Counted from the first letter of the stretch, positions 18,470 through 25,932 are shown. The stretch: DNA of 25,932 nt from Bacteroidales bacterium (GCA_900769035.1 CAAGFD010000017.1:1-25932); one strand, 5' to 3'. Program-made: numbers and translations. The notes: generated by a model from the sequence alone, not told the origin.

Positions 18470-19325
18470 TAAAGACAAAATGGAAATTTGTATATCTGAA
18501 TGGCTTAGTAAAGACTACCCGGAAGTGTATGCCTCATTGTGCGATGCTTTTAATCAGAGTAATATCAACTGTCAAGTCCTCACTCATACCAAAGATGTGT
18601 GGGCAAGGGATTATATGCCTTTGCATATTGGCAATGGCGGATACGTAACCTTTAATTATGAACCCGACTATCTTGTTGAGAAAAATGATAAATACATAAC
18701 TAATCAGAACAATGTCATTCAAGACATTGACCTTAATGTGGTAGCCCATCTTGACATCGTGATGGATGGTGGTAACGTGGTGAGATGTGGAGATAAAGTC
18801 ATCATGACAGACAAAATCATATCTGAAAATCCAAACATCCGTCCCTTAAAATTGATAGATACAATAGAGAATACGCTGAATTCAGAATTGATACTGATTC
18901 CTTGGGATATGGAAGAACCATTTGGTCATGCCGACGGGATGGTAGCTTATATTGGAGATGAAAAACTACTTATGAACAACTATGTTCAGATGGGGAAAGA
19001 GGCAGATTCATTTCGCAAAAGACTCCATAAGATACTTGACTGCCATTTTGATGTTATGGAACTGTCGTATAGTGGCAGACTTAGAAAAGACGCTTGGTGT
19101 TATCTCAACTATGTGGAAACGCCAAAAACAATTATTATTTCTGGCTTGTCAAAAAAACTTGATTGTGAAAATGATAAGTCGGCAGTTAAGGTTTTCTCAG
19201 AAATATTTCCTGCCAAGAAAATAATTCAAGTTTATGTAGCTCCCCTACTCAGATATGGAGGAGCATTGCATTGTGTAACATGGGAATTATATACCGCTCA
19301 TCGTCCATCACGAATCCTTTCTTAA
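18462..19325 (+). CDS. Agmatine deiminase / peptidylarginine deiminase-like pentein enzyme
   Basis: 287 aa; WARDYMP, DGGNVV, GHADG, YLNY, GGALHCVTW, so the Asp/His/Cys catalytic residues are present; 8-nt overlap with the upstream gene. Confidence 0.87.
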   Translation: MISKDKMEICISEWLSKDYPEVYASLCDAFNQSNINCQVLTHTKDVWARDYMPLHIGNGGYVTFNYEPDYLVEKNDKYITNQNNVIQDIDLNVVAHLDIVMDGGNVVRCGDKVIMTDKIISENPNIRPLKLIDTIENTLNSELILIPWDMEEPFGHADGMVAYIGDEKLLMNNYVQMGKEADSFRKRLHKILDCHFDVMELSYSGRLRKDAWCYLNYVETPKTIIISGLSKKLDCENDKSAVKVFSEIFPAKKIIQVYVAPLLRYGGALHCVTWELYTAHRPSRILS

Positions 19326-19680
19326 TGTATTCGTTCAGAATCTTTGTTGCCCATTGACGGAAGCGAGTTGCCTTAGGCGAAGAGACACGATAGCCTACAG
19401 CAATAATCATATCCAAATTATAGAAGTCAACCAGTTCTTCCACCTCTCCTCTAATACCCCTATTTACGACGGTTGCAATTTTTGCAACTGTCGTGTCCTG
19501 CTGCAGTTCGTCTTCCTTAAAAATATTGGATATGTGGCGACTAATGCCTGACTTATCCACCCCAAAAAGCTGTGCCATAGCCTTCTGAGTACACCAGATG
19601 GTCTCGTCCTTGATGACCACCTGTACCTTGCCCTCCTCGTCGGGTAGGCTATATAACAGGAATTGTATTTCGTTACTAAT
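19294..19680 (-). pseudogene. rhuM: N-terminal fragment of a RhuM-family gene
   Basis: SNEIQFLLY..DETIWCTQKAMAQLF..ISRHISNIFKEDEL..YNLDMIIAVGYRV.S.KATRFRQWAT..L.EYIKKGFVMDDER, after which similarity stops; the expected start position reads ATT (19678-19680). Confidence 0.82.
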
Positions 19681-19690
19681 TGTTAGATAA

Positions 19691-19951
19691 TTATTCTTCA
19701 TTATTCTCATTAAGAAGGTATTCATATTGAGTGTTTTTTAGGCTCTCCCTATCATATTCTTTGCGATACTCCATTATGTAAAAACTAACTATTTCCGGAT
19801 ATATGTAAAAATATGTGCGACATATCTTCTTGAAAAGTGTCGGCATACGATTATCATCCACAAAATCAAACATCCAAGTAAGCAGATGGTCAACTTCGTC
19901 TTTGGATGCTTTTCTATTGCATATATCATCTACAAAATTCTTAAATATAGA
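19691..19951 (-). pseudogene. 5'-truncated small hypothetical gene upstream of rhuM
   Basis: The frame stays open upstream of the tracked ORF (SIFKNFVDDICNRKASKDEVDHLLTW-MFDF...) to a TAG at 19952-19954 with no ATG; protein-like sequence; its stop lies 10 nt before the rhuM start position. Confidence 0.5.
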
Positions 19952-19987
19952 CTAAGTAAAAAAAATACATCCGTAATTCATCTACGC

Positions 19988-20015
19988 AAAAAACCCGAAG
20001 AAAACTCTTCGGGTT
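19988..20015 (-). terminator. Intrinsic terminator of the topA-thioredoxin transcript
   Basis: AACCCGAAGA (19992-20001) AAAC TCTTCGGGTT (20006-20015), with an A-run on its left. Confidence 0.82.
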
Positions 20016-20049
20016 AGTTCTTTATCGTAAAAATATTTTATATTTAATA

Positions 20050-20547
20050 TTATTTTACGGCACTTGGAGTCCAGCATTGAAGAAAGCGGAGCACTTTTTT
20101 GCGGTCGTAGCTCTTGTCTTGCTCAAGGAAGGCTGAGTCTTGTAGGTGAATTACTTCGCCTTTGTCATTGAGCACTACGAGCACGGGATAGCCGAAACGA
20201 GATGGATTGCCGAGTCGCTTCAATAGTTGCGCGTTCTGCTTTTGTATCTCTGCGGTAGTGGCATTTTTTGGGTTGTAATTTACGTGGATATACACGTAAT
20301 TGTCTTTGATAAAATTACTTATCTCTTCGTCTTTAGTAATGAAATCGGCAAAGCGAAGACACCAGATACACCAGTTGCCCCCAAGCTGACAAATGACGTG
20401 TTTCTTCTGCTTTTTTGCTTGATTTACAGCATTATCAATCTGTGTAAGGGGATTGATAGTTTCGTTGTAAACCTTATTTAATTTCGTTTGAGCTTCTATG
20501 CTGAGGGCACATAGTGTGGCAACGAGTATGACTAATGTTTTTTTCAT
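20050..20547 (-). CDS. Exported thioredoxin-family protein
   Basis: 165 aa; signal peptide, GGNWCIWC (CxxC), RFGYPVLVVL cis-Pro loop; 21 nt downstream of topA. Confidence 0.85.
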   Translation of the reverse strand: MKKTLVILVATLCALSIEAQTKLNKVYNETINPLTQIDNAVNQAKKQKKHVICQLGGNWCIWCLRFADFITKDEEISNFIKDNYVYIHVNYNPKNATTAEIQKQNAQLLKRLGNPSRFGYPVLVVLNDKGEVIHLQDSAFLEQDKSYDRKKVLRFLQCWTPSAVK

Positions 20548-20568
20548 AATATCAATATTGTCAACTAA

Positions 20569-23184
20569 TTATTCTTTTGTTGTAGAGCTTTTCTTAGCAG
20601 TTTTAGCGGTAGATTTTTTAGTTGTAGCCTTTTTGGTTGCAGTTTTCTCCGTTTTGGCAGTGGCGGTTTTAGAGGCTACTTTAGCAGTGGTTTTTGCGCT
20701 ACTTTTTGTAGCTTTAGTGGCTGCTTTGGCGGTGGTTTTTGCTGTAGATTTAGTAGATGTCTTCGCCGAAGCACCCGTTTTTGCCGAAGCACCCGTTTTT
20801 GCCGAAGCACTCTTACGTGACGTCTTACCCTTAGCGGTAGGTCCGTTTTTAATTACTTCGAGACAGTAGTCAAGAGTAAGTACTTCTTTTTCAATGTTTT
20901 TAGGTAGTTTATAATTATTCCCTGCATGTTGAATATAAGGTCCGAATCTGCCGTTAATCACCTCTATGTCATTATCCGGATATGATGCAAGGATTTTGTC
21001 GAGGTCGGCTTGTCGCTTATTCTCAATAATCTCTACGGCTCTTTCGTAAGAGACGTCGAGAGGATCTTCACCCTTAGGAATTGAGAAAAATTCGTTGCCG
21101 AGGCGCACATAAGGTCCGAATCTACCTATGTTTACACTGACATTTTTTTCTTCAAATACTCCGAGAGTAATAGGCAATTTAAAGAGTTCGAGAGCCTCAT
21201 CAAGGGTAATGGTCTCGATAGATTGATTTTTACGAAGTGAAGCAAAGCGTGGTTTTTCGCCCTCATCACTCTGCTCGCCGAGCTGAATCATAGGACCGAA
21301 ACGTCCGATTTTTGCGTATACCGGTTTGCCGGAAACAGGGTCGATACCGAGCTCTCGCTCACCGGCTTTTCGTCCTGTACTATTCTCTGCTCTTTCCACC
21401 ATCGGATGGAATTGTTTATAAAAGCTGTCGATATCTTCCGTCCATTTTGATTCTCCCTCTGCAATGGCATCGAATTTTTCTTCTACCAATGCGGTAAAGT
21501 TATAGTCCATAATTTCAGGGAAATTGGCTATAAGATAGTCAGTTACAACGGTACCGATATCGGTAGGCAGCAATTTGCCTTTATCTATCGTAGGTTTATC
21601 TGTATTAATTTTATCCGAAATCTTATTCCCTTTAAGCGTAATAGTGTGGTAAGGGAGATGAACGTTTTCTACTTCACGTTTTTCTACATAATCTCTTTTT
21701 ATGATTGTAGAAATAGTAGGGGCATAAGTGGAAGGACGACCGATGCCGAGCTCTTCGAGTTTACGCACCAAGGATGCTTCAGTATATCGATAAGGGCGTT
21801 GCGAGAATTTTTCTATCGCGGTAATATCTTTTGTATCAAGCATTTGTCCTATGGCTATCGATGGCAATAATCCTTGAGATTCTTCTTTAATATCATCAGT
21901 TCCCTCTTTATACACTTTAAGGAAACCATCAAAAGTAATTACTTCGCCTGAGGCAACAAAGAAGTTATTTTGAGCGTGTACCGTATAATCCGATGTAGTA
22001 GAATGATTAAAAAGTGTATCATTTTCGGTAGCATTCAACTTCTCTGCCGGAATAATATCTATGTTAATGTCGGTTTTTTCGAATTGAGCATCAGCCATTT
22101 GACTTGCAATGGTACGTTTCCAAATGAGCTCATATAGTTTCACTTCTTGAGGCGTACCGGTGATGGTATGATTGCTCATATATGTAGGGCGAATTGCCTC
22201 GTGAGCCTCTTGGGCGCCCTTGCTTTTTGTGGTATATTGGCGGCGTTTATAATATTTTTCTCCCGCCATAGAGATAATCTCTTTTTTTGCGGAAGCGAGA
22301 GCAAGGTCGGAAAGATTGACGGAGTCGGTACGCATATAAGTAATTTTTCCGCTTTCGTATAACGACTGTGCCACCATCATTGTAGTAGCTACGGAAAAAT
22401 TAAATTTACGAGCAGCCTCTTGTTGTAGAGTAGATGTTGTAAACGGGGCTGCCGGGGCGCGGTGTGCCGGGTGTTTTTGTATGCTATTTACTCGGAATGA
22501 GGCATCTATACATCCTTCGAGGAATAGTTTAGCCTCTTCATAAGTGGAGAATTTCTTGCTTAATTCTGCCGAGAATTCTGCTCCTTCGTGCTTGAAATTG
22601 GCAAAAACACGATAAGATGCCTCAGGATTAAAGCCTGCAATTTCTCTTTCTCGCTCCACTACAAGGCGGAGTGCAACGGATTGAACGCGACCTGCCGAGA
22701 GTTGTGGCATCACCTTTTTCCAAAGAATAGGAGAAATTTCGAAGCCCACAAGGCGGTCGAGAACACGGCGAGCTTGCTGTGCATCTACAATATCCAAATT
22801 TATTGAGCGCGGATTTTCAATGGCATATTTTATTGCGGACTCGGTAATCTCGTGAAATACAATACGGTGAGTTATCTTATTATTAAGCCCGAGTACTTCG
22901 AACAAATGCCAAGCAATAGCCTCCCCTTCACGGTCTTCATCGGATGCGAGCCAAATGACTTTTGCTTTATCCGTTGCTTCGCGTAATTCCTTTACCAACT
23001 TAACTTTATCTTTTGGTATCTCGTATTCCGGAAGGTAATTATTCTCTATTTCTATGCCCATGCCTTGTTTCTTAAGGTCGCGTACATGACCGAAACTCGA
23101 CATTACTTTATAGTCCTTTCCCAAAAATTTTTCTATAGTCTTTGCCTTTGCAGGAGACTCCACTATCACTAAGTTTTCTTGCAT
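20569..23184 (-). CDS. topA: DNA topoisomerase I (type IA) with a Lys/Ala/Thr-rich C-terminal tail
   Basis: 871 aa; LVIVESPAKAKTI, ASDEDREGEAIAWH, SAGRVQS, ITYMRTDS, QEAHEAIRPT, GIGRPSTYA; GRFGP-type C-terminal repeats rather than Zn ribbons. Confidence 0.98.
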   Translation of the reverse strand: MQENLVIVESPAKAKTIEKFLGKDYKVMSSFGHVRDLKKQGMGIEIENNYLPEYEIPKDKVKLVKELREATDKAKVIWLASDEDREGEAIAWHLFEVLGLNNKITHRIVFHEITESAIKYAIENPRSINLDIVDAQQARRVLDRLVGFEISPILWKKVMPQLSAGRVQSVALRLVVEREREIAGFNPEASYRVFANFKHEGAEFSAELSKKFSTYEEAKLFLEGCIDASFRVNSIQKHPAHRAPAAPFTTSTLQQEAARKFNFSVATTMMVAQSLYESGKITYMRTDSVNLSDLALASAKKEIISMAGEKYYKRRQYTTKSKGAQEAHEAIRPTYMSNHTITGTPQEVKLYELIWKRTIASQMADAQFEKTDINIDIIPAEKLNATENDTLFNHSTTSDYTVHAQNNFFVASGEVITFDGFLKVYKEGTDDIKEESQGLLPSIAIGQMLDTKDITAIEKFSQRPYRYTEASLVRKLEELGIGRPSTYAPTISTIIKRDYVEKREVENVHLPYHTITLKGNKISDKINTDKPTIDKGKLLPTDIGTVVTDYLIANFPEIMDYNFTALVEEKFDAIAEGESKWTEDIDSFYKQFHPMVERAENSTGRKAGERELGIDPVSGKPVYAKIGRFGPMIQLGEQSDEGEKPRFASLRKNQSIETITLDEALELFKLPITLGVFEEKNVSVNIGRFGPYVRLGNEFFSIPKGEDPLDVSYERAVEIIENKRQADLDKILASYPDNDIEVINGRFGPYIQHAGNNYKLPKNIEKEVLTLDYCLEVIKNGPTAKGKTSRKSASAKTGASAKTGASAKTSTKSTAKTTAKAATKATKSSAKTTAKVASKTATAKTEKTATKKATTKKSTAKTAKKSSTTKE
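20765..20810. repeat. 18-bp tandem repeat (2.5 copies) in the topA tail
   Basis: GCCGAAGCACCCGTTTTT twice plus GCCGAAGCAC; encodes ASAKTG-ASAKTG-ASAK. Confidence 0.92.
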
Positions 23185-23470
23185 ACTTTTTTTCTTAAAT
23201 CATAAAGGGGTTATACATTATTATATATATGACCCCAAAATTGGCGCAAAGTAACAACAAAAATTTCAAACTATAATAATGTTTCAGTGATAATTAATAT
23301 TATTTAACATTGAGACAAAATCTTATGTGTTGATAATCAAAGGAATAAAGTAGTTTATTATACTAATATTCCGGTAGAATTTTATTTGATTCAATGTGAT
23401 ATTTAATGTAAAATCGCATCATTTATCATTGTAAAGCAGTCTGTATTGTCTTGATAAAAACATTATTGTG

Positions 23471-23616
23471 GATTTATTATTCGTTTTCAACAGACTTTTT
23501 TGACTTTATTGGCTTCCTCCTCACTCGGGATAGCCCTGGCAAGCAAGTCTCTCCTCTTGCTCGTTCGTCAGTTGTCCCCATGGCATAACCAAATCAAGCT
23601 TTGTTCTGCTCATTTG
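23471..23616. repeat. Copy B of the 146-bp structured intergenic repeat
   Basis: Aligns with 16570-16715; lies in the divergent topA / IscU-like intergenic region. Confidence 0.8.
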
Positions 23617-23696
23617 TTTCTACCAAAACGCCCAAATTTTGTCACTAATTTTGCACTTGCTTGTTGAGAGTAGGAAAAATTATTTCATCAAAAAAA

Positions 23697-23728
23697 TTTG
23701 TCCATATCACAAAAAAGCAGTACCTTTG
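23697..23728 (+). promoter_or_regulatory. Bacteroidetes primary-sigma promoter (-33/-7) for the IscU-like/GGGtGRT operon
   Basis: TTTG (23697-23700), 20 nt, TACCTTTG (23721-23728); 49 nt before the ATG at 23778. Confidence 0.78.
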
Positions 23729-23777
23729 CAACTTAAATGAGATATAGAAAACATTTCTAACATTATATTTTTAAGGT

Positions 23778-24470
23778 ATGATATATTCACACGAAGTAGA
23801 ACAGATGTGTGTTGTGGCTAAAGGTGCCAACCATGCGTCTGCCCCAATACCTCAAGAAGGTAAATGGGTTAGAGCTAAAGAGATAAAAGACATCTCAGGC
23901 CTTACTCACGGCATTGGATGGTGCGCTCCTCAACAAGGCGCATGTAAGCTTACATTAAATGTTAAAGACGGTATAATTCAAGAAGCCCTCGTAGAGACTA
24001 TCGGTTGCTCCGGTATGACTCACTCTGCAGCTATGGCTTCAGAGATACTCCCGGGTAAAACCCTTCTCGAAGCACTCAATACCGACCTCGTTTGCGATGC
24101 TATTAACACTGCTATGCGCGAGCTCTTCCTTCAAATCGTTTACGGCCGTACTCAATCGGCTTTCTCTGAAGGCGGTCTCGTTGTCGGTGCTTCTCTCGAA
24201 GACCTCGGTAAAGGCCTTCGCTCTCAAGTAGGTACTATGTTTGGCACCCTTGCTAAAGGTACTCGTTTCCTCGAAATGGCAGAAGGCTATTGCACACGTA
24301 TGGGCCTCGATGCCGACGGCGAAGTTATCGGTTACGAATTTGTTCACCTCGGTAAATTTATGGATATGGTGAAGAAAGGCGTTGATGCCAACGAAGCCCT
24401 CGAAAAAGCTAAAGGCAGCTACGGTAGATTTAAAGATGCAGTTCAATATATTGACCCACGTAATAAATAA
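23778..24470 (+). CDS. IscU/NifU-N-like Fe-S scaffold-type protein, the usual partner of the GGGtGRT protein
   Basis: 230 aa; GWCAPQQGACKLTLNVKDGIIQEALVETIGCSGMTHSAAMASEIL.GKT..EAL..DLVC resembles the IscU Cys spacing. Confidence 0.8.
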   Translation: MIYSHEVEQMCVVAKGANHASAPIPQEGKWVRAKEIKDISGLTHGIGWCAPQQGACKLTLNVKDGIIQEALVETIGCSGMTHSAAMASEILPGKTLLEALNTDLVCDAINTAMRELFLQIVYGRTQSAFSEGGLVVGASLEDLGKGLRSQVGTMFGTLAKGTRFLEMAEGYCTRMGLDADGEVIGYEFVHLGKFMDMVKKGVDANEALEKAKGSYGRFKDAVQYIDPRNK

Positions 24471-24475
24471 GGAGG
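24469..24475 (+). promoter_or_regulatory. Shine-Dalgarno-like ribosome-binding sequence
   Basis: AAGGAGG overlapping the upstream TAA, 7 nt before the ATG at 24483. Confidence 0.65.
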
Positions 24476-24482
24476 ATAGAAT

Positions 24483-25493
24483 ATGGCAAAACGTGAAGTA
24501 AAATTTGAAAGTCAAGATCGCCGTATGGAGAACATCCTCAAAGTTCTTAATTCTTACGGAATCAAAAATATTGAAGAGGCGGAAGATATATGCTCTTCTC
24601 GCGGAATAGACCCTTACAAAATGTGTGAAGAGACACAGCCTATCTGCTTTGAAAATGCTAAATGGGCTTATGTAGTGGGTGCTGCTATCGCTATCAAAAA
24701 AGGTTGTAAAAACGCTGCTGATGCCGCAGAAGCTATCGGTGAAGGCCTCCAAGCTTTCTGTATTAAAGGTTCTGTTGCTGATGATCGTAAAGTCGGTATC
24801 GGACATGGTAACCTCGCCGCTCGTCTCCTCCGTGAAGAGACTAAATGCTTTGCTTTCCTCGCCGGCCATGAGTCTTTCGCTGCTGCCGAGGGTGCAATAA
24901 AAATCGCCGAGATGGCTAATAAAGTGCGTAAAGAGCCTCTCCGCGTTATCCTTAACGGTCTCGGTAAAGATGCCGCTAAAATCATCTCTCGTATCAATGG
25001 TTTTACTTATGTGCAAACTCAATTCGACTATTATACAGGTGAACTTAAAGTGGTTAGCACTAAGTCTTATTCCGATGGTCTCCGCTCAAAAGTAAAATGC
25101 TATGGAGCTGATGACGTTCGCGAGGGTGTGGCTATCATGCGTTCTGAAGGTGTTGACGTTTCCATCACCGGTAACTCTACAAACCCTACTCGCTTCCAAC
25201 ATCCGGTAGCCGGTACTTATAAAAAAGAGTGCATGGAGCAAGGCAAGAAATACTTCTCTGTTGCTTCCGGTGGCGGTACGGGTCGTACTCTTCACCCGGA
25301 TAATATGGCTGCCGGTCCTGCCTCTTATGGTATGACGGATACTATGGGCCGTATGCATGGCGATGCTCAATTCGCCGGCTCTTCTTCAGTCCCTGCTCAC
25401 GTAGAAATGATGGGATTCCTTGGTATGGGTAACAACCCTATGGTTGGTGCTACTGTTGCCGTTGCCGTTGCCGTAGAAGAGAGTGCAAAATAA
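24483..25493 (+). CDS. GGGtGRT family protein (function unknown)
   Basis: 336 aa; signature SVASGGGTGRTLHPDN, plus QPICFENA, AGHESFAAAEGA, ITGNSTNPTRFQH. Confidence 0.92.
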   Translation: MAKREVKFESQDRRMENILKVLNSYGIKNIEEAEDICSSRGIDPYKMCEETQPICFENAKWAYVVGAAIAIKKGCKNAADAAEAIGEGLQAFCIKGSVADDRKVGIGHGNLAARLLREETKCFAFLAGHESFAAAEGAIKIAEMANKVRKEPLRVILNGLGKDAAKIISRINGFTYVQTQFDYYTGELKVVSTKSYSDGLRSKVKCYGADDVREGVAIMRSEGVDVSITGNSTNPTRFQHPVAGTYKKECMEQGKKYFSVASGGGTGRTLHPDNMAAGPASYGMTDTMGRMHGDAQFAGSSSVPAHVEMMGFLGMGNNPMVGATVAVAVAVEESAK

Positions 25494-25519
25494 AGCAATA
25501 ATTTCAAAATAATATTCAT

Positions 25520-25557
25520 AGAAAGTCGTGGTAGTAATTTACCACGACTTTCTTATT
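25520..25557 (+). terminator. Intrinsic terminator of the IscU-like/GGGtGRT operon
   Basis: 14-bp perfect inverted repeat AGAAAGTCGTGGTA (25520-25533) / TACCACGACTTTCT (25540-25553), T-rich afterwards. Confidence 0.85.
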
Positions 25558-25932
25558 GCTCATACTATTATTTCTGCTCCTATCCGTTTTATTTTCTTTA
25601 AACTATTATTTTTCACCCCTTTGCTTTCAAATTGAAATAATGGCAGTTGTCGGTCTTCCTTTGTGAAAATAAGAATTATTTCAAGAAATTATTGATGTTA
25701 AAACTATCAGGGTATGTTATTTATACATATACAACCGGTTAAATATCATTAAATTATCGGTTTTACCTCTCTCGTTCTGTTTAAATAAGTTAAACACCTC
25801 CGTAAAATACCGCTCGGAAGTTAAAATTTATCAAATTCTTCTTTTGTCAAAGTTTTATCTTTATATTTGCATTTGTTACTTTACAGCCTAATTGTTTGGT
25901 TTTTGGTTAGATAAATGGATTTCAAATTTAAA

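Larger units (their letters stand above)
15420..19293 (+). other. ~3.9-kb accessory block replacing the middle of rhuM; boundaries approximate
   Basis: Four plus-strand genes lie between two collinear minus-strand rhuM fragments; no integrase or transposase is visible. Confidence 0.65.

Noticed and set aside
15420..19293. Inserted block as an IS, transposon or prophage
   Set aside because: No transposase, integrase, phage genes, terminal inverted repeats or target-site duplication seen
19249..19725. 158-aa ORF as an intact rhuM gene
   Set aside because: RhuM similarity covers only ~19294-19680; the ORF ends come from the neighbouring gene remnant and from the antisense strand of the deiminase gene
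20765..20810. Tandem repeat as a CRISPR array
   Set aside because: No spacers, in-frame coding repeat, and no cas genes; I saw no CRISPR array, tRNA or rRNA anywhere in the window
20498..20869. 123-aa hydrophobic plus-strand ORF
   Set aside because: It is the antisense reading of the Lys/Ala/Thr-rich TopA tail
23280..23460. Fur-like or other operator palindromes in the AT-rich topA/IscU-like intergenic region (e.g. TTGATAATCAA)
   Set aside because: Short, imperfect matches are expected by chance at this AT content; no regulator can be supported
24039..25022. 327-aa minus-strand ORF
   Set aside because: It is the antisense shadow of two well-supported genes with biased codon usage and has no recognisable motifs

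Overview
This is a low-GC bacterial chromosomal segment, most likely from Bacteroidales: several genes have TAnnTTTG -7 promoter boxes, one protein has a T9SS-type C-terminal domain, and the TopA and TonB-dependent receptor are of Bacteroidetes type. The backbone carries glf, pmbA/tldE, secA, a GT2 glycosyltransferase, a BspA-like LRR surface protein, ung, a TonB-dependent receptor, an HSL-family hydrolase, aroQ, a thioredoxin-like protein, topA and the IscU-like/GGGtGRT gene pair. Between aroQ and the thioredoxin gene (~15160-19980) lies an accessory island. There a minus-strand rhuM gene is split into an N-terminal piece (19294-19680) and a C-terminal piece (15285-15419, not in the ORF track). 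Its middle is replaced by a ~3.9-kb plus-strand block carrying RhuM-Fic/Doc, a structured 146-bp repeat and a tightly coupled three-gene operon. The operon encodes a GIY-YIG nuclease, a protein with AAG/MPG DNA-glycosylase-like motifs and a pentein (agmatine/peptidylarginine deiminase-like) enzyme with intact catalytic motifs. It is the best candidate here for an undescribed system, possibly anti-phage and directed at modified DNA. Other oddities are a ~38-aa insertion in the UNG leucine loop, a second copy of the 146-bp repeat upstream of the IscU-like gene, a ~90-aa Lys/Ala/Thr tail on TopA and a strong Shine-Dalgarno before the GGGtGRT gene. All family assignments come from motif recognition by eye; no searches were run.
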